From assembly GCA_049852185.1 (NCBI GenBank), contig CP187540.1: a stretch of 64,000 nt of DNA. The stretch is one strand, 5' to 3'. Position numbers and translations under genes: made by a program. Shown here one piece after another: positions 11,760 through 24,917 of this stretch; the first letter of the stretch is position 1, and each line of letters opens with the position of its first letter. Source of the stretch: Methanocaldococcus sp. 28A. Its GTDB lineage: Archaea; AGJL01; Methanococci; Methanococcales; Methanocaldococcaceae. The notes below the pieces were generated by a model, which was given only the letters and a program-made list of their open reading frames with translations, ran no database searches and was not told the DNA's origin.

Positions 11760-12752
11760 TTATTCTTTCTCCAACCCGCACATCTTTCTTAATTCTTTTC
11801 CTACTTTCTCAATTAAATGCTCTTTTTCCAATCTTCTTAATGCATTCAACTGTGGAGCTCCAGCAATATTTTCTAATCCCCACTCTTTTGCAAATTTACC
11901 TTCTTGAATTTCTTTTAATATTTCTTTCATTGCCTTTCTTGACTCTTCATTTATAACTCTACTTCTTCTTGTTAATCCCCCATACTCAGCAGTGTTTGAA
12001 ACGTTCTCCCACATTCCTTGTAATCCTTTTTGGTAGATTAAATCAACTATTAGCTTTAACTCATGGCATGTTTCAAAGTATGCCATCTCTGGAGCATAAC
12101 CAGCTTCAACTAATGTTTCAAATGCAGCTTTAATTAACTCAGTAACTCCCCCACATAAAACAACTTGCTCTCCAAATAAATCTGTCTCTGTCTCTTCTCT
12201 AAATGTTGTTTGTATTACTCCAACTCTTGTTAATCCAATACCTTTAGCCATTCCTAAGGCAATTTGTAAGGCATCTCCAGTATAATCTCTCTCAACAGCA
12301 ACCAATCCAGGAACTCCAAATCCTTCTTCATAAGTTTTTCTAACCATAGCTCCTGGGCTTTTTGGTGCAACCATTGTTATATTAACATTCTCTGGAGGTC
12401 TTATTAACCCATAGTGGATGTTGTATCCATGAGAGAAGCTTATGGTTTTTCCTTCTGTTAAGTAAGGCTCAATTTGCTTTTTATAAACTGCCGGCTGAGC
12501 TTCATCTGGTATTAATATATGGATGATATCTGCTTTTTTAGCTGCTTCTTCAATTGTCATAACTGTGTGTCCATCTTTAATTGCCTTGTTCCATGATGCT
12601 CCATTAGGTCTCAAACCTACTATAACATTTAATCCACTATCCTTCATGTTCAATGCTTGAGCTCTTCCCTGACTTCCATAACCAATAACTGCTATTGTTT
12701 TATCTTTAACTGCATCAAAAGTTACATCATTGTCATAGAATATTTTAACCAT
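11760..12752 (-). CDS. ilvC: Ketol-acid reductoisomerase
   Basis: [36 protein letters not shown]. Confidence 0.97.
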   Translation of the reverse strand: MVKIFYDNDVTFDAVKDKTIAVIGYGSQGRAQALNMKDSGLNVIVGLRPNGASWNKAIKDGHTVMTIEEAAKKADIIHILIPDEAQPAVYKKQIEPYLTEGKTISFSHGYNIHYGLIRPPENVNITMVAPKSPGAMVRKTYEEGFGVPGLVAVERDYTGDALQIALGMAKGIGLTRVGVIQTTFREETETDLFGEQVVLCGGVTELIKAAFETLVEAGYAPEMAYFETCHELKLIVDLIYQKGLQGMWENVSNTAEYGGLTRRSRVINEESRKAMKEILKEIQEGKFAKEWGLENIAGAPQLNALRRLEKEHLIEKVGKELRKMCGLEKE

Positions 12753-12865
12753 TTTTATCACCACAAGATATTTTTTATTTAAATATCGCTACATCTATTA
12801 ACTACTAAATAATATAAGATTTTCGGTCTATTCATAACTAAAGATTTATGGTATAGGAAAGCAAT

Positions 12866-12960
12866 TATAGGACTTTCGCAGAAATAAATTTTTTATTGAA
12901 TATAGACACTTAAATGTGTCAAACTTCCATATTTAATATATACACTGCGAAAATCCTATA
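12866..12960. repeat. MITE-like family A copy
   Basis: tataggactttcgca ... tgcgaaaatcctata; central gacac...gtgtc hairpin. Confidence 0.85.
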
Positions 12961-12972
12961 TTTTAAAAATTT

Positions 12973-14250
12973 TTGAAAGGTGAAAATGTGTTATTGATAA
13001 AAGATGTATATGTAAATGGAAAGAGGCAGGATATTTTAATTGAAGGTAATAAAATAAAAAAGATTGGTGAGATTAAAAAAGAGGAAATAGGGGATGCTGA
13101 AATCATAGATGGAAAGAACAAGATAGCCATCCCTGGATTGATAAATACACACACTCATATACCAATGACTCTATTTAGAGGAGTTGCTGATGATTTACCT
13201 CTAATGGAGTGGTTAAACAACTATATTTGGCCTATGGAAGCAAAGCTTAATGAAGAAATTGTCTATTGGGGAACTTTGTTGGGTTGTGTGGAGATGATTA
13301 GAAGTGGAACAACTACATTCAATGATATGTACTTCTTTTTAGAAGGAATTGCTAAGGCTGTAGATGAAAGTGGAATAAGAGCTGTTTTAGCTTATGGAAT
13401 GATAGATTTATTTGATGAAGAGAAGAGAGAGAAAGAAATTAAAAATGCTGAGAAGTATATAAACTATATAAACAAATTAAATAACAGTAGAATACTCCCT
13501 GCTTTAGGCCCTCACGCTCCTTATACTTGCTCTAAAGAGCTTTTAATGGAAGTTAATACTTTAGCTAAAAAATATAATGTCCCTATCCATATACATATGA
13601 ATGAAACCTTGGATGAGATTAAAATTATTAAGGAGAAAACAGGTATGGAGCCATTTATTTATCTAAATTCATTTGGTTTCTTTGATGATGTTAATGTAAT
13701 AGCTGCTCACTGCGTACATTTAACAGATGAAGAAATTAAGATAATGAAAGAAAAAAACATAAATGTTTCTCATAATCCAATCAGTAATTTAAAATTAGCT
13801 TCTGGAATAGCTCCAATTCCAAAGCTTTTAAATGAAGGAATAAACATTACCTTAGGAACTGATGGATGTGGAAGTAACAACAATCTAAACTTATTTGAAG
13901 AGATAAAGGTATCAGCTATTTTACATAAGGGAATTAATTTAAATCCAACTGTTGTTAAAGCTGAAGAGGCTTTTAACTTTGCCACTAAAAATGCAGCTAA
14001 AGCATTGAATATAAAAGCTGGAGAAATAAAAGATGAATATTTAGCAGATATTGTTCTAATAAACTTAGATAAACCTTACTTGTATCCAAAAGAGAATATA
14101 ATATCCCATTTGGTTTATGCATTCAATGGCTTTGTGGATGATGTTATCATAGATGGAAATATTGTTATGAGAGATGGGAAAATTTTAACTGTTGATGAAG
14201 AAAAGGTATATGAGAAAGCTGAAGAGATGTATGAGATTTTGAGAAACTAA
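12973..14250 (+). CDS. dadD: 5'-deoxyadenosine/MTA/SAH deaminase (amidohydrolase, MJ1541-like)
   Basis: PGLINTHTH, PHAPYTCS, HIHMNET, LGTDG; exact start uncertain. Confidence 0.88.
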   Translation: MKGENVLLIKDVYVNGKRQDILIEGNKIKKIGEIKKEEIGDAEIIDGKNKIAIPGLINTHTHIPMTLFRGVADDLPLMEWLNNYIWPMEAKLNEEIVYWGTLLGCVEMIRSGTTTFNDMYFFLEGIAKAVDESGIRAVLAYGMIDLFDEEKREKEIKNAEKYINYINKLNNSRILPALGPHAPYTCSKELLMEVNTLAKKYNVPIHIHMNETLDEIKIIKEKTGMEPFIYLNSFGFFDDVNVIAAHCVHLTDEEIKIMKEKNINVSHNPISNLKLASGIAPIPKLLNEGINITLGTDGCGSNNNLNLFEEIKVSAILHKGINLNPTVVKAEEAFNFATKNAAKALNIKAGEIKDEYLADIVLINLDKPYLYPKENIISHLVYAFNGFVDDVIIDGNIVMRDGKILTVDEEKVYEKAEEMYEILRN

Positions 14251-14255
14251 TCAAT

Positions 14256-14666
14256 TTAACTTCTAAATTCATCCAACATCTTTATCAAAAGCAGTTTATT
14301 AACAATTTTTATATTTTTTAAAATTATTCCGCCTTTTGCATCATAACCAACAATTAAAACCTCTTTTCCATTATATTTTAAAATAAAAGTTTTTTTCTCT
14401 TTAACTAAAATCTCAGCTATTTTTGAAATTTTTGATAAAAAAGATTTTAAATCTTCGATTTTATCAAAAAAGCTTATTAATTTTTCATCATCTGATTTTG
14501 GAGAAACTGCTTTTATAATTTCCTTTAGTGATTTTGTATTCTCAATATCTACAATAATATAATCTCTACTAATCACTAAAGAAAAAATATTGGTTAATGC
14601 TATCTCTAAACTACCTTCTTTTATCAATCTCTGAAATAAAAATAGATAATTAAGCTTATCAAGCAA
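14256..14666 (-). CDS. Hypothetical protein
   Basis: 136-aa ORF with typical composition, closely spaced. Confidence 0.6.
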   Translation of the reverse strand: MLDKLNYLFLFQRLIKEGSLEIALTNIFSLVISRDYIIVDIENTKSLKEIIKAVSPKSDDEKLISFFDKIEDLKSFLSKISKIAEILVKEKKTFILKYNGKEVLIVGYDAKGGIILKNIKIVNKLLLIKMLDEFRS

Positions 14667-14678
14667 AATCTCACGTAT

Positions 14679-14996
14679 TTATTCGTTTTTCTCTTTTTTT
14701 AAAGGAACAATTTTTAAACCAACCTCTCCATCAATGGTTAATTTATTAAATACAATTTTAACCTCACTTCCACTTCCTTCTAAAACTTTAGCTATTTTTT
14801 CAATATCTACATTAACTTTAGGTAATTTATCTTTAACTTCATCAATAAGCTTTAACATCTCTTCAATTTTTTCTTTTGAGATTACATCTTTCTTTTCTTT
14901 TAAACTATTTAAGAAGTTGGTTATTTTTTCTATCTTTTCTGCAATTTCTTTAGGAACTTCAATTTTTATTTCTTTAACTTCTTTTCCTTCTGACAT
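14679..14996 (-). CDS. Hypothetical protein
   Basis: 105-aa K/E-rich ORF with purine-rich RBS. Confidence 0.7.
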   Translation of the reverse strand: MSEGKEVKEIKIEVPKEIAEKIEKITNFLNSLKEKKDVISKEKIEEMLKLIDEVKDKLPKVNVDIEKIAKVLEGSGSEVKIVFNKLTIDGEVGLKIVPLKKEKNE

Positions 14997-15061
14997 AATA
15001 ATCCCCCATGATTTTTATTAGTTGTAATTAATTATTTAACATTGGTTATATTTAAAGGTAT

Positions 15062-15823
<762 letters not shown>

Positions 15824-15844
15824 CTATTTTTATATGGAGAGTTC

Positions 15845-16003
15845 GATGTTGTCAAGAATAAAAAATAAATAAGTATAGAGTAAATAAAGGAAGATATTAA
15901 ACTAACGATAGAAGTAATAAAGGAAAAGATGGAAGAGATTTTTAAGAGGAATAAGAAGTCGATAGAGATTAAAATTTTAGCTGGGATTTTGTATTACTTA
16001 GGA
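15845..16003 (+). pseudogene. 5' fragment of an IS6 element
   Basis: gatgttgtcaaga end, then degenerate copy of the transposase start (aagaggaataagaagtcgatagagattaaaattttagc). Confidence 0.8.
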
Positions 16004-16200
16004 CAGTCATATAAAAATTACAACGCAATATTATATTTGTTTTGTAAAGTAATACTTTAAAATACTATCCAAGTCATAAAAACTAAATTACTTCTATATG
16101 ATGAATATGAATATAAAAATAATTTATTTACTCAAGAATCGAACTTGGGGTTCTTAAATCTTGATTATAAAAATTTATAAAAAATTATATAGTTTATGAC
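16004..16200. repeat. MITE-like family C, uninterrupted copy
   Basis: Reverse complement of the 50674-50773 plus 51478-51566 flanks; gtcata...tatgac ends. Confidence 0.75.
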
Positions 16201-16241
16201 CAAACCCATAAATTTTATAAATTTTTTATGGTGATATAATA

Positions 16242-17237
16242 ATGATTTTGGGAATAGATATTGGTGGAGCCAATACAAAAATTACAGAGATTAGTGGAGA
16301 AAAATATAAAATTCATCACATCTATTTTCCAATGTGGAAGAAAAAGGATGAATTGGTGGATTTATTAAAAAACTATGATAATGTTGATTATGTTGCATTA
16401 GTTATGACTGCTGAATTGGCTGACTGCTACAAAACAAAAAAAGAAGGAGTTGAGGATATAATAAACAAGGTTGAAAAATCCTTTGACTGCCCAATATACG
16501 TATTTGATGTTAATGGAGACTTCTTAACTTCAGAAGATGCTAAAAAAAATTATTTAGATGTTTCAGCGTCAAATTGGATGGCTACTGCCAAATTAGTTTC
16601 AGAATTCATAAGAGATAGTTGTATTTTGGTTGATATGGGCTCTACAACCACAGATATAATTCCAATAAAAGATAAAAATATTCTATCTGAAAAAACAGAT
16701 TTGGATAGGATGATGAACAACCAGTTAGTTTATGTGGGAACTTTAAGAACTCCTGTTAGTTTTTTAGCTAATAAAATAGAGTTTAGAGGAAAATTAACCA
16801 ATCTATCTTCAGAGTACTTTGCCATTACTGCAGATATTTCTCTAATTTTAAATAAAATTACAGAAAAAGATTATACTTGCGAAACTCCAGATGGGGCTGG
16901 AAAAGATTTTGAAAGTTGCTTAACAAGGTTAGCAAGAGTTTTATGTGCCGATAGAGAAATAGTTAGTGACAATGAATTAATAGATTTTGCTAATAAGCTG
17001 TATAATAATCTCCTAAACTTAGTTAGAGAAAATGTTGATGCTATTGCAAAAAGATACAATTTAAATGATGTGGTTATAACTGGTTTAGGAGAGGAAATTT
17101 TAAAAGATGCTTTAGAAGGCTATAATATAGTATCAATAAAAGAGACATATGGTAAAGATGTTTCCTTAGCAACTCCAAGTTTTGCTGTAGCTAAATTATT
17201 GCAAAAACAATTAAATGAACATAAAAAAATGATATAA
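16242..17237 (+). CDS. mfnF: Methanofuran biosynthesis enzyme MfnF (hydantoinase A-like, MJ0840-like)
   Basis: GIDIGGANTK, MTAELADC, DMGSTTTDIIP, ETPDG; next to mmp10. Confidence 0.85.
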   Translation: MILGIDIGGANTKITEISGEKYKIHHIYFPMWKKKDELVDLLKNYDNVDYVALVMTAELADCYKTKKEGVEDIINKVEKSFDCPIYVFDVNGDFLTSEDAKKNYLDVSASNWMATAKLVSEFIRDSCILVDMGSTTTDIIPIKDKNILSEKTDLDRMMNNQLVYVGTLRTPVSFLANKIEFRGKLTNLSSEYFAITADISLILNKITEKDYTCETPDGAGKDFESCLTRLARVLCADREIVSDNELIDFANKLYNNLLNLVRENVDAIAKRYNLNDVVITGLGEEILKDALEGYNIVSIKETYGKDVSLATPSFAVAKLLQKQLNEHKKMI

Positions 17238-17278
17238 AAATTATTTTCTTATACTTATATTATTTTTATAATTATTTT

Positions 17279-18529
17279 TTATTGTTTTTTCATCCCAAAG
17301 AAATTTATCATGCCAATTAATTCTTCAAAAGCTTCAATTTCAAATTTTAATGCTTCTTCTTTTGTATAGATTCCACTAACTTCTCCATCTAATGTTAATT
17401 GCTCCACTCCTCTAACAACTATCCTATCTACACCATCTCTTTTTAAAATCTCTTCAGCAACTTTATCATGAACAAAAGCCTTTGGAGGTATAAAAACAGT
17501 CTCTTTAACATCTTTTAAATCCAATTTTTCTAAATCCTTAGCAGTTATTAAATCGGCAATATCTTTATTAACTTTAACAACATTTACAGATGTTTCATCA
17601 AAAATCTTTTTTAAAAATGGATATGCAACATTTCCAGTTATTATTGTAGCTTCTCCATTTATTTTGTTTTTTAATTTTTCTAAGATATGGCTGTTTTCTT
17701 CTTTAGCCAATGCAAATGGAGTTCCTGCAACTGGGTCGTGTAAAGGAGTTCCAGTAACTCTAATATAGTCTCCAAACTCATTATGGATTTCATCAACTAT
17801 ATTTTTAAATTCTTCAACTGAATGTGTTCTTATACTATCAATTAGAGGAGCGTTTCCTAAAATTAGTCCCTGCTCTTCAGTATTTGCAAATCTCATCAAT
17901 ATAACTGCCTTAGCTCCCCAATCTACTAAATCAGAGACTGTTTTTTTCAACTCATTACCATCGTTAACCCCTGGAATAACAATTATTGCACAATGAACTT
18001 CACAATGCTCACAAAAATATCTTAGGCATTTTAAAGCAATTTCAGCATTTTTATCGTTCATCCATTCTTTCCTAAGCTTAGGATTTGTTGAAAAAACTGA
18101 AAAAGTTATTTCATCAACTCCATAATCTACCAAGTTTTTTGCTACCTCTAACTTATTAAAACCTTTTCCTGAAGTATATCCGAGGTGAATCCTTAAACCC
18201 ATATTGCTTATGAATTTGCAGAGCTCTTCTAATTGAGGATAACAGCTAACATCTCCTCCTCCAGTAATATTAACTTTTTTATATCTTTTAAATAATAAAC
18301 TACTTTGCAATTCCATTAGAGCAAATGGTAGGGGTATGAAATCACCATTAATTTCTCTAACAGAATATGTGCAATATTCACAACCTACTGTAAAAAATTG
18401 GCAATATCTGCATCCAAAAGGTTGAAGATTGTTTTTATTAACTTTTCTAAAATAACAAAATTTACAAAATCCATTACAATTAATTCCTGGTTCTCCTTTC
18501 AAATCTATTAGTAAATTAGCTTCTTTCAT
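17279..18529 (-). CDS. mmp10: Methanogenesis marker 10, radical-SAM MCR arginine C-methyltransferase
   Basis: [10 protein letters not shown] plus GCRYC...CEYC motif, GGGDVSCYP; divergent from mcrB. Confidence 0.92.
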   Translation of the reverse strand: MKEANLLIDLKGEPGINCNGFCKFCYFRKVNKNNLQPFGCRYCQFFTVGCEYCTYSVREINGDFIPLPFALMELQSSLLFKRYKKVNITGGGDVSCYPQLEELCKFISNMGLRIHLGYTSGKGFNKLEVAKNLVDYGVDEITFSVFSTNPKLRKEWMNDKNAEIALKCLRYFCEHCEVHCAIIVIPGVNDGNELKKTVSDLVDWGAKAVILMRFANTEEQGLILGNAPLIDSIRTHSVEEFKNIVDEIHNEFGDYIRVTGTPLHDPVAGTPFALAKEENSHILEKLKNKINGEATIITGNVAYPFLKKIFDETSVNVVKVNKDIADLITAKDLEKLDLKDVKETVFIPPKAFVHDKVAEEILKRDGVDRIVVRGVEQLTLDGEVSGIYTKEEALKFEIEAFEELIGMINFFGMKKQ

Positions 18530-18768
18530 AATTTCACACTATACTCATTATTTTTAATAAAAAATTTCAAATAGAAAACTTTATAATCTGGAGTTCTTTA
18601 AATAAAATTTGGATATAGATTTTATGTGATATATATTAATCTTAAAACTTTGGTTGTAGATTCCGAATCCATCTAATATATAAACCTTACGATTTTATTT
18701 CAAATGAAAAATTGGATATATATAAAATGTGATAACTAATAACGAACCAATGTGTGGGAGTGATTCCT

Positions 18769-20103
18769 ATGGTAAAGTATAAAGACACTATAAACTTGTA
18801 TGATGAGAAAGGTAATTTAGTAGAAGAAAATGTTCCATTAGAAGCAATCAGCCCATTATACAACCCAACAATCCAGAAGTTAGTTAAAGACGTTAAGAGA
18901 ACAGTAGCAGTTAACTTAGCAGGTATAGAAAATGCTTTAAGAACTGGACAAGTTGGTGGAAAAGGTTGTATGATTAAGGGAAGAGAATTGGATTTACCTA
19001 TTGTAGAAAATGCTGAAACAATCGCCGAATATGTTGAAAAAGTTGTTAGAGTTTCAGAAGATGATGATACTTCAGTTAAATTAATCAACGATGGAAAACA
19101 GATGGCTGTTCAAATCCCAACAAAGAGATTAGATGTTGCAGCAGAATATTCAGTTTCTGTTTTAGTTACAGGTCAGGCATTAAAAGAGGCTATAATTAGA
19201 ATATTCGATGTTGATATATTCGATGCTCCAATGGTTCACGCAGCTGTTTTGGGAGGCTATCCTCATGAAGTTACAATGAAAGGTTCAAACATTGCTGCTT
19301 TATTAGGTAGTCCATTATCCTTAGAAGGGCCAGGATATGCATTAAGAAACATTATGGCAAACCACTTCGTTGCATGTACAAAGAAAAATGTCATGAACGC
19401 TGTTGCATTTGCTTCAATTATGGAACAAACAGCAATGTTTGAAATGGGAGATGCTGTTGGGTTATTTGAAAGATTACACTTGTTAGGTTTAGCCTACCAA
19501 GGATTAAATGCAGACAACTTAATAATTGACTTAGTAAAAGCAAACGGTAAGAATGGAACTGTTGGTACAGTAGTTGCTTCAGTAATTGAGAGAGCCTTAG
19601 AGGATGGAGTTATTAAGGAAGATAAAACATTACCATCAGGATTCACAATGTATAAGCCAGTTGATGTTGCTAAGTGGAACGCTTATGCTGCGGCTGGTTT
19701 AGTTGCTGCAGTTATAGTTAACGTTGGTGCTGCAAGAGCAGCACAAAACGTTGCATCAACAATTCTCTACTATAACGATATCTTAGAATATGAAACAGGA
19801 TTACCTGGAGTTGACTTTGGTAGATGTGAAGGTACAGCAGTAGGATTTAGTTTCTTCAGTCACTCAATCTATGGTGGAGGAGGACCTGGTATCTTCAACG
19901 GAAATCACATCGTTACAAGACACTCAAAAGGATTTGCTATCCCACCAGTTGCAGCTGCAATGTGTTTAGATGCTGGAACTCAGATGTTCTCACCAGAAAG
20001 AACATCAGCATTGGTAGGTACTGTCTTCAGTGCAATTGATGAATTTAGAGAACCATTGAAGTACGTTATAAAAGGAGCATTAGAAGTTAAAGACAAAATT
20101 TAA
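18769..20103 (+). CDS. mcrB: Methyl-coenzyme M reductase beta subunit
   Basis: [24 protein letters not shown]. Confidence 0.99.
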   Translation: MVKYKDTINLYDEKGNLVEENVPLEAISPLYNPTIQKLVKDVKRTVAVNLAGIENALRTGQVGGKGCMIKGRELDLPIVENAETIAEYVEKVVRVSEDDDTSVKLINDGKQMAVQIPTKRLDVAAEYSVSVLVTGQALKEAIIRIFDVDIFDAPMVHAAVLGGYPHEVTMKGSNIAALLGSPLSLEGPGYALRNIMANHFVACTKKNVMNAVAFASIMEQTAMFEMGDAVGLFERLHLLGLAYQGLNADNLIIDLVKANGKNGTVGTVVASVIERALEDGVIKEDKTLPSGFTMYKPVDVAKWNAYAAAGLVAAVIVNVGAARAAQNVASTILYYNDILEYETGLPGVDFGRCEGTAVGFSFFSHSIYGGGGPGIFNGNHIVTRHSKGFAIPPVAAAMCLDAGTQMFSPERTSALVGTVFSAIDEFREPLKYVIKGALEVKDKI

Positions 20104-20112
20104 AGTCTTTAA

Positions 20113-20610
20113 GTGATTGTAATGATTGAAGTTGAGGTTTTCCCATATAGATATTTAAAAGCATCTACAACTGAAAAATTCCTAAATAAAATCTATGATT
20201 TGAAAAGTGTGGAAAGAGTTGTTATCCACGGTCAGCCCCTCCCTAAAGTTGTCACTTATGGACCAGCAAGAGGTTTACCAGTGAATCATACAGAGAGGAA
20301 AATAATATATGTTAAAGGAGTTCCTGTGGAGCTTACAGTGATGGCAGGAAGATTTTGGATAACTCTCAGTGATGATAGCGAGTTGGATAAATTAGATGCT
20401 ATATGTAAGGAAATGTTCCCATTTGGATATAATTTAAGAGTTGGAAAATTCTTGAAAGATAGACCAACAGTTACAGATTATATAAAATATGGTGAAGATG
20501 GCGTCTTCTTAATAAATGAGATGGATAGAAGATTGATAGGAATGGTTGACCCAAGAAGTAGAATGGCTAACTCTGTTACAGTTGTAGAAAAAGAAGAAAA
20601 AGAGGAATAA
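20113..20610 (+). CDS. mcrD: MCR operon protein D
   Basis: HGQPLP...[17 protein letters not shown]; position in operon (start may be 20122). Confidence 0.95.
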   Translation: MIVMIEVEVFPYRYLKASTTEKFLNKIYDLKSVERVVIHGQPLPKVVTYGPARGLPVNHTERKIIYVKGVPVELTVMAGRFWITLSDDSELDKLDAICKEMFPFGYNLRVGKFLKDRPTVTDYIKYGEDGVFLINEMDRRLIGMVDPRSRMANSVTVVEKEEKEE

Positions 20611-20611
20611 T

Positions 20612-21214
20612 ATGCCAGTAGGAAGAAGAGAGCAAATTGTGGATTGTAGGTCAGTGATGGGTTTAGGAGAAGGTGGAGGATTGGCACAGAGAGGGACATT
20701 TGCAGAGGCGTTAAAAAATGATGTAGTAGTGGTAGCGATGTCACCAGGGAGGAGGCATATAACAAAACCTGTGTGTGAGATAACTTATGGAATTAGAGAG
20801 ACGGGAATTCAAACTAGTGTTTTAGTTTTGAATGCTGGTTCAGGAATACCACATGATGCTCCAAGAGGAGCTTTAGGCTCTACCTTTGGTATTAAACCAG
20901 AAGAAGCAGCGCAAATAAATAGACACAAGCTCTGTGTTGTCCATTTCGGAAACGTTATTAGCCATGTTGTCTATAAAGCAGGTCTTCTATTAAAATATGT
21001 AAAAATTCCAACGATTATCGTTTGTCAAGCTCCTGTAGATATGGAAGACCTTGCTAAATATGGTATAAAGACAAGAGATGTTATGCCTTTGGAACCTAAA
21101 ACTAAAGGAACTGTTGTTGATATTGTAACTGGAGTGATTAGAGGGGAATCTTGTCCTCAAAGTAAAATTGATGAAATAATAAAGAAAATAAAGTTCCATT
21201 TAAACTTAAATTGA
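20612..21214 (+). CDS. mcrC: MCR operon protein C
   Basis: [33 protein letters not shown]. Confidence 0.97.
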   Translation: MPVGRREQIVDCRSVMGLGEGGGLAQRGTFAEALKNDVVVVAMSPGRRHITKPVCEITYGIRETGIQTSVLVLNAGSGIPHDAPRGALGSTFGIKPEEAAQINRHKLCVVHFGNVISHVVYKAGLLLKYVKIPTIIVCQAPVDMEDLAKYGIKTRDVMPLEPKTKGTVVDIVTGVIRGESCPQSKIDEIIKKIKFHLNLN

Positions 21215-21223
21215 GGTGATTGT

Positions 21224-22006
21224 ATGGCATACAAGCCACAGTTCTACCCAGGTCAAACAAAAATTGCTCAAAATAGAAGAGACCACATGAACCCAGATGT
21301 TCAGTTAGAAAAGTTGAGAGACATTCCAGATGATGATGTTGTTAAAATAATGGGTCACAGACAGCCAGGAGAAGATTACAAAACAGTTCACCCTCCATTA
21401 GAAGAAATGGACTTGCCAGAAGACTACGTAAGGGATTTAGTTGAGCCAATAAACGGAGCTAAAGAGGGTCATAGAGTTAGATACATTCAGTTTACTGATT
21501 CAATGTACTTCGCTCCAGCTCAACCTTATGACAGAGCAAGAACATACATGTGGAGGTTTAGAGGAGTAGATACAGGTACTTTATCAGGAAGACAAGTTAT
21601 TGAGATGAGAGAAAGTGACTTAGAAGCGTTATCAAAGAACTTCTTAATTGATACAGCATTCTTCGACCCAGCAAGATGTGGTATTAGAGGGGCTACAGTT
21701 CACGGACACTCATTGAGATTGGATGAAAATGGTTTAATGTTTGATGCTCTCCAGAGATACGTGTATGATGAGAAAACAGGACACGTTGTCTATGTTAAAG
21801 ACCAAGTAGGAAGACCATTAGATGAACCAGTAGATGTTGGAGAGCCATTACCAGAAGAAAAATTGAAAGAAATTACAACAATCTACAGAATTGATGGAGT
21901 TCCAATGAGAGACGATGAAGAATTATTGACAGTCGTTAAGAGAATCCACAGAGCTAGAACTTTAGGAGGATTTTTACCAGTTGAAGATGTCTTCGAGAAA
22001 CTCTAA
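21224..22006 (+). CDS. mcrG: Methyl-coenzyme M reductase gamma subunit
   Basis: GTLSGRQVIE, RGATVHGHSLRL. Confidence 0.99.
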   Translation: MAYKPQFYPGQTKIAQNRRDHMNPDVQLEKLRDIPDDDVVKIMGHRQPGEDYKTVHPPLEEMDLPEDYVRDLVEPINGAKEGHRVRYIQFTDSMYFAPAQPYDRARTYMWRFRGVDTGTLSGRQVIEMRESDLEALSKNFLIDTAFFDPARCGIRGATVHGHSLRLDENGLMFDALQRYVYDEKTGHVVYVKDQVGRPLDEPVDVGEPLPEEKLKEITTIYRIDGVPMRDDEELLTVVKRIHRARTLGGFLPVEDVFEKL

Positions 22007-22125
22007 GCTTTGGGGCTGTGCCCGTTTAATTATAAACTTTTATACAATATAAAAATTATAAACCTTAAAGAATCTCTAAATAAAACTTATAACAAAAAAT
22101 AAATGACCTCACAGAGGTGAGCTTG

Positions 22126-23787
22126 ATGGATGCAGAAAAAAGATTGTTCTTAAAAGCATTAAAAGAGAAGTTTGAAGAAGATCCAAGAGAAAAATACACT
22201 AAGTTCTACATCTTCGGAGGATGGAAACAGTCAGCAAGAAAGAGAGAATTCGTTGAGGCTGCACAAAAATTAATTGAGAAAAGAGGAGGAATTCCATTCT
22301 ACAACCCAGATATTGGGGTTCCATTAGGACAAAGGAAATTAATGCCTTACAAAGTTTCAAATACAGATGTAATTGTTGAAGGGGATGATTTACACTTTAT
22401 GAACAACGCCGCAATGCAGCAGTTTTGGGATGACATTAGAAGAACAGTTATTGTTGGTATGGACACAGCTCACGCTGTTCTCGAAAAAAGATTAGGAGTA
22501 GAAGTTACACCAGAAACAATTAACGAATACATGGAAACTATTAACCACGCTTTACCAGGAGGGGCTGTTGTCCAAGAGCACATGGTTGAGGTTCACCCAG
22601 CATTAGTTTGGGACTGTTATGCTAAAATATTCACTGGAGATGACGAATTAGCTGATGAAATTGACAAGAGATTCTTAATCGACATTAACAAGTTATTCCC
22701 AGAAGAGCAAGCAGAGCAAATCAAGAAAGCAATTGGTAAGAGAACATACCAAGTTTCAAGAGTTCCAACATTAGTTGGTAGAGTTTGTGATGGGGGTACA
22801 ATAGCAAGATGGAGTGCTATGCAGATTGGAATGTCATTTATTACAGCTTACAAGTTGTGTGCTGGAGAGGCTGCTATCGCTGATTTCTCATACGCTGCAA
22901 AACACGCAGATGTTATTCAAATGGCTTCATTCTTACCAGCAAGAAGAGCAAGAGGACCTAATGAACCAGGAGGAATGTTCTTTGGTATTTTAGCTGATGT
23001 TGTTCAGACTTCAAGAGTTTCAGATGATCCAGTAGAGCAGTCTTTAGAAGTCGTTGCAGCAGGAGCTATGCTTTATGACCAAATCTGGTTAGGAAGTTAC
23101 ATGTCTGGAGGAGTTGGATTCACACAGTATGCTACTGCATCCTATACAGATGACATCTTAGATGACTTCTCATACTATGGTTATGACTATATAACCAAGA
23201 AATATGGAGGATGTAATAGCGTAAAACCTACTATGGATGTTGTTGAAGACATTGCAACAGAAGTTACATTATATGCGTTAGAGCAATACGACAGCTTCCC
23301 AGCTTTATTAGAAGACCACTTCGGAGGTTCACAAAGAGCTGCAGTTACCGCAGCTGCATCAGGTATTTCAGTAGCATTAGCTACTGGAAACTCAAACGCT
23401 GGAGTTAACGGATGGTACTTAAGCCAAATATTACATAAAGAATACCACAGCAGATTAGGATTCTATGGATACGACTTGCAAGACCAGTGTGGAGCAGCTA
23501 ACTCATTGTCATTCAGAAACGATGAAGGTTCACCATTAGAGTTAAGAGGTCCAAACTATCCAAACTATGCAATGAACGTCGGTCACCAAGGAGAGTATGC
23601 TGGAATTACACAAGCAGCACACTCAGCAAGAGGTGATGCTTTCGCACTCAACCCATTAATTAAAGTAGCATTCGCAGACCCCTCATTAATCTTCGACTTC
23701 AGATACCCAAGAAAAGAGTTTGCAAGAGGAGCATTAAGAGAGTTCGAACCTGCTGGAGAAAGAGACCCAATCATTCCAGCTCATTAA
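22126..23787 (+). CDS. mcrA: Methyl-coenzyme M reductase alpha subunit
   Basis: [32 protein letters not shown]. Confidence 0.99.
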   Translation: MDAEKRLFLKALKEKFEEDPREKYTKFYIFGGWKQSARKREFVEAAQKLIEKRGGIPFYNPDIGVPLGQRKLMPYKVSNTDVIVEGDDLHFMNNAAMQQFWDDIRRTVIVGMDTAHAVLEKRLGVEVTPETINEYMETINHALPGGAVVQEHMVEVHPALVWDCYAKIFTGDDELADEIDKRFLIDINKLFPEEQAEQIKKAIGKRTYQVSRVPTLVGRVCDGGTIARWSAMQIGMSFITAYKLCAGEAAIADFSYAAKHADVIQMASFLPARRARGPNEPGGMFFGILADVVQTSRVSDDPVEQSLEVVAAGAMLYDQIWLGSYMSGGVGFTQYATASYTDDILDDFSYYGYDYITKKYGGCNSVKPTMDVVEDIATEVTLYALEQYDSFPALLEDHFGGSQRAAVTAAASGISVALATGNSNAGVNGWYLSQILHKEYHSRLGFYGYDLQDQCGAANSLSFRNDEGSPLELRGPNYPNYAMNVGHQGEYAGITQAAHSARGDAFALNPLIKVAFADPSLIFDFRYPRKEFARGALREFEPAGERDPIIPAH

Positions 23788-23947
23788 ATCTAAATTTTTT
23801 ATTTTTTTATTATGTTGTCATTGTTAAGAGTATTAAAACATAAAATTCAAAAAACTAAAATTTGATTAATTTTCTATAAATTTAGAATGTTTTCCTAATT
23901 AAAAGAAAGTTAAATAGAAATTAAGTGAATTTTAATAAAATCAAATA

Positions 23948-23963
23948 GAAAACCTTATATATT
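23948..23963 (+). promoter_or_regulatory. Putative BRE/TATA promoter of the mtr operon
   Basis: gaaaacc-ttatatat about 40 bp upstream of mtrE. Confidence 0.5.
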
Positions 23964-24002
23964 AACCTATATAAACTAAACATGTAAAATGAGGTGATAG
24001 GA

Positions 24003-24905
24003 ATGGATACAACACTAATCGCCCTTGGGGCTCTTGCCTTATATGGAGCATTAGCAACAGTTGCTGGATGTGCAGAGGATTTAGAATCTGATGTAGGTTC
24101 TCAGTCAAACCCAAACTCACAGGTTCAGTTAGCTCCACAGATGGGAAATATACATAGATACTTTAACAAAGCTATATCTGGAGAACCTGTAGCTTATGGT
24201 ATGTATGTAGCAGTTGCAGGAACAGTTGCTTATGCTTTTATGCAAATGGGATTAAATCCAATTTTGTCAATAATCTTAGGTACTGGTGTTGCAGCATTTA
24301 TTCATGGAGCTTATGCAATTTCAGCATACTTAGGAAGGATTGTAGGTCAGTCAAAGAACTTTGGGCAGCCTGTTTATTGGGATGTTGTAATGAGCCATAT
24401 TGGTCCAATTGTTGGACATGGTTTTATTGCTGTCTTTTGTATGGTTTTAATGGCTTACTTAGCTAATGCTGTATTAGGAAATCCATTCCCGTTACCATTA
24501 ATTGCATTGATATTTGGGATTACTGTGGGATCAATTGGTTCATCAACTGGAGATGTCCATTATGGAGCTGAAAGAGAATATCAGAAATATCCATTTGGAG
24601 GAGGAGTGCCTGTTGCTAACCAGGGGGATATTGATATTAAAGCAGAATACGGTTTAAGAAATGGAATGGATTCATCATACTTTTGTTGTAGAGTAGGAGG
24701 TGTTCTAACTGGTTTATGTTTTGGTTTTATTGTTTTCTTGGATGGTTGGAGAGGAATTATTGGGGATGTATTACAAGGAGGAAACGTTATCTCAGCATCT
24801 ATAATCTCAATTTTTGTAGGTTTAATAATAATAGCTTTATTGGCTATAATTAATAGGAAGGTTGAAGTATTTGCAAGAAACAAATTCGGTCCATATAAAA
24901 AATAA
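24003..24905 (+). CDS. mtrE: Methyl-H4MPT:CoM methyltransferase subunit E
   Basis: AEDLESDVGSQSNPNSQVQLA, GDVHYGAERE. Confidence 0.98.
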   Translation: MDTTLIALGALALYGALATVAGCAEDLESDVGSQSNPNSQVQLAPQMGNIHRYFNKAISGEPVAYGMYVAVAGTVAYAFMQMGLNPILSIILGTGVAAFIHGAYAISAYLGRIVGQSKNFGQPVYWDVVMSHIGPIVGHGFIAVFCMVLMAYLANAVLGNPFPLPLIALIFGITVGSIGSSTGDVHYGAEREYQKYPFGGGVPVANQGDIDIKAEYGLRNGMDSSYFCCRVGGVLTGLCFGFIVFLDGWRGIIGDVLQGGNVISASIISIFVGLIIIALLAIINRKVEVFARNKFGPYKK

Positions 24906-24917
24906 AGGTGGTATTTT

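Noticed and set aside
22012-22024. gggc-tgt-gccc mini-hairpin between mcrG and mcrA
   Set aside because: Only a 4-bp stem; could be an mRNA stability element but is too short to support
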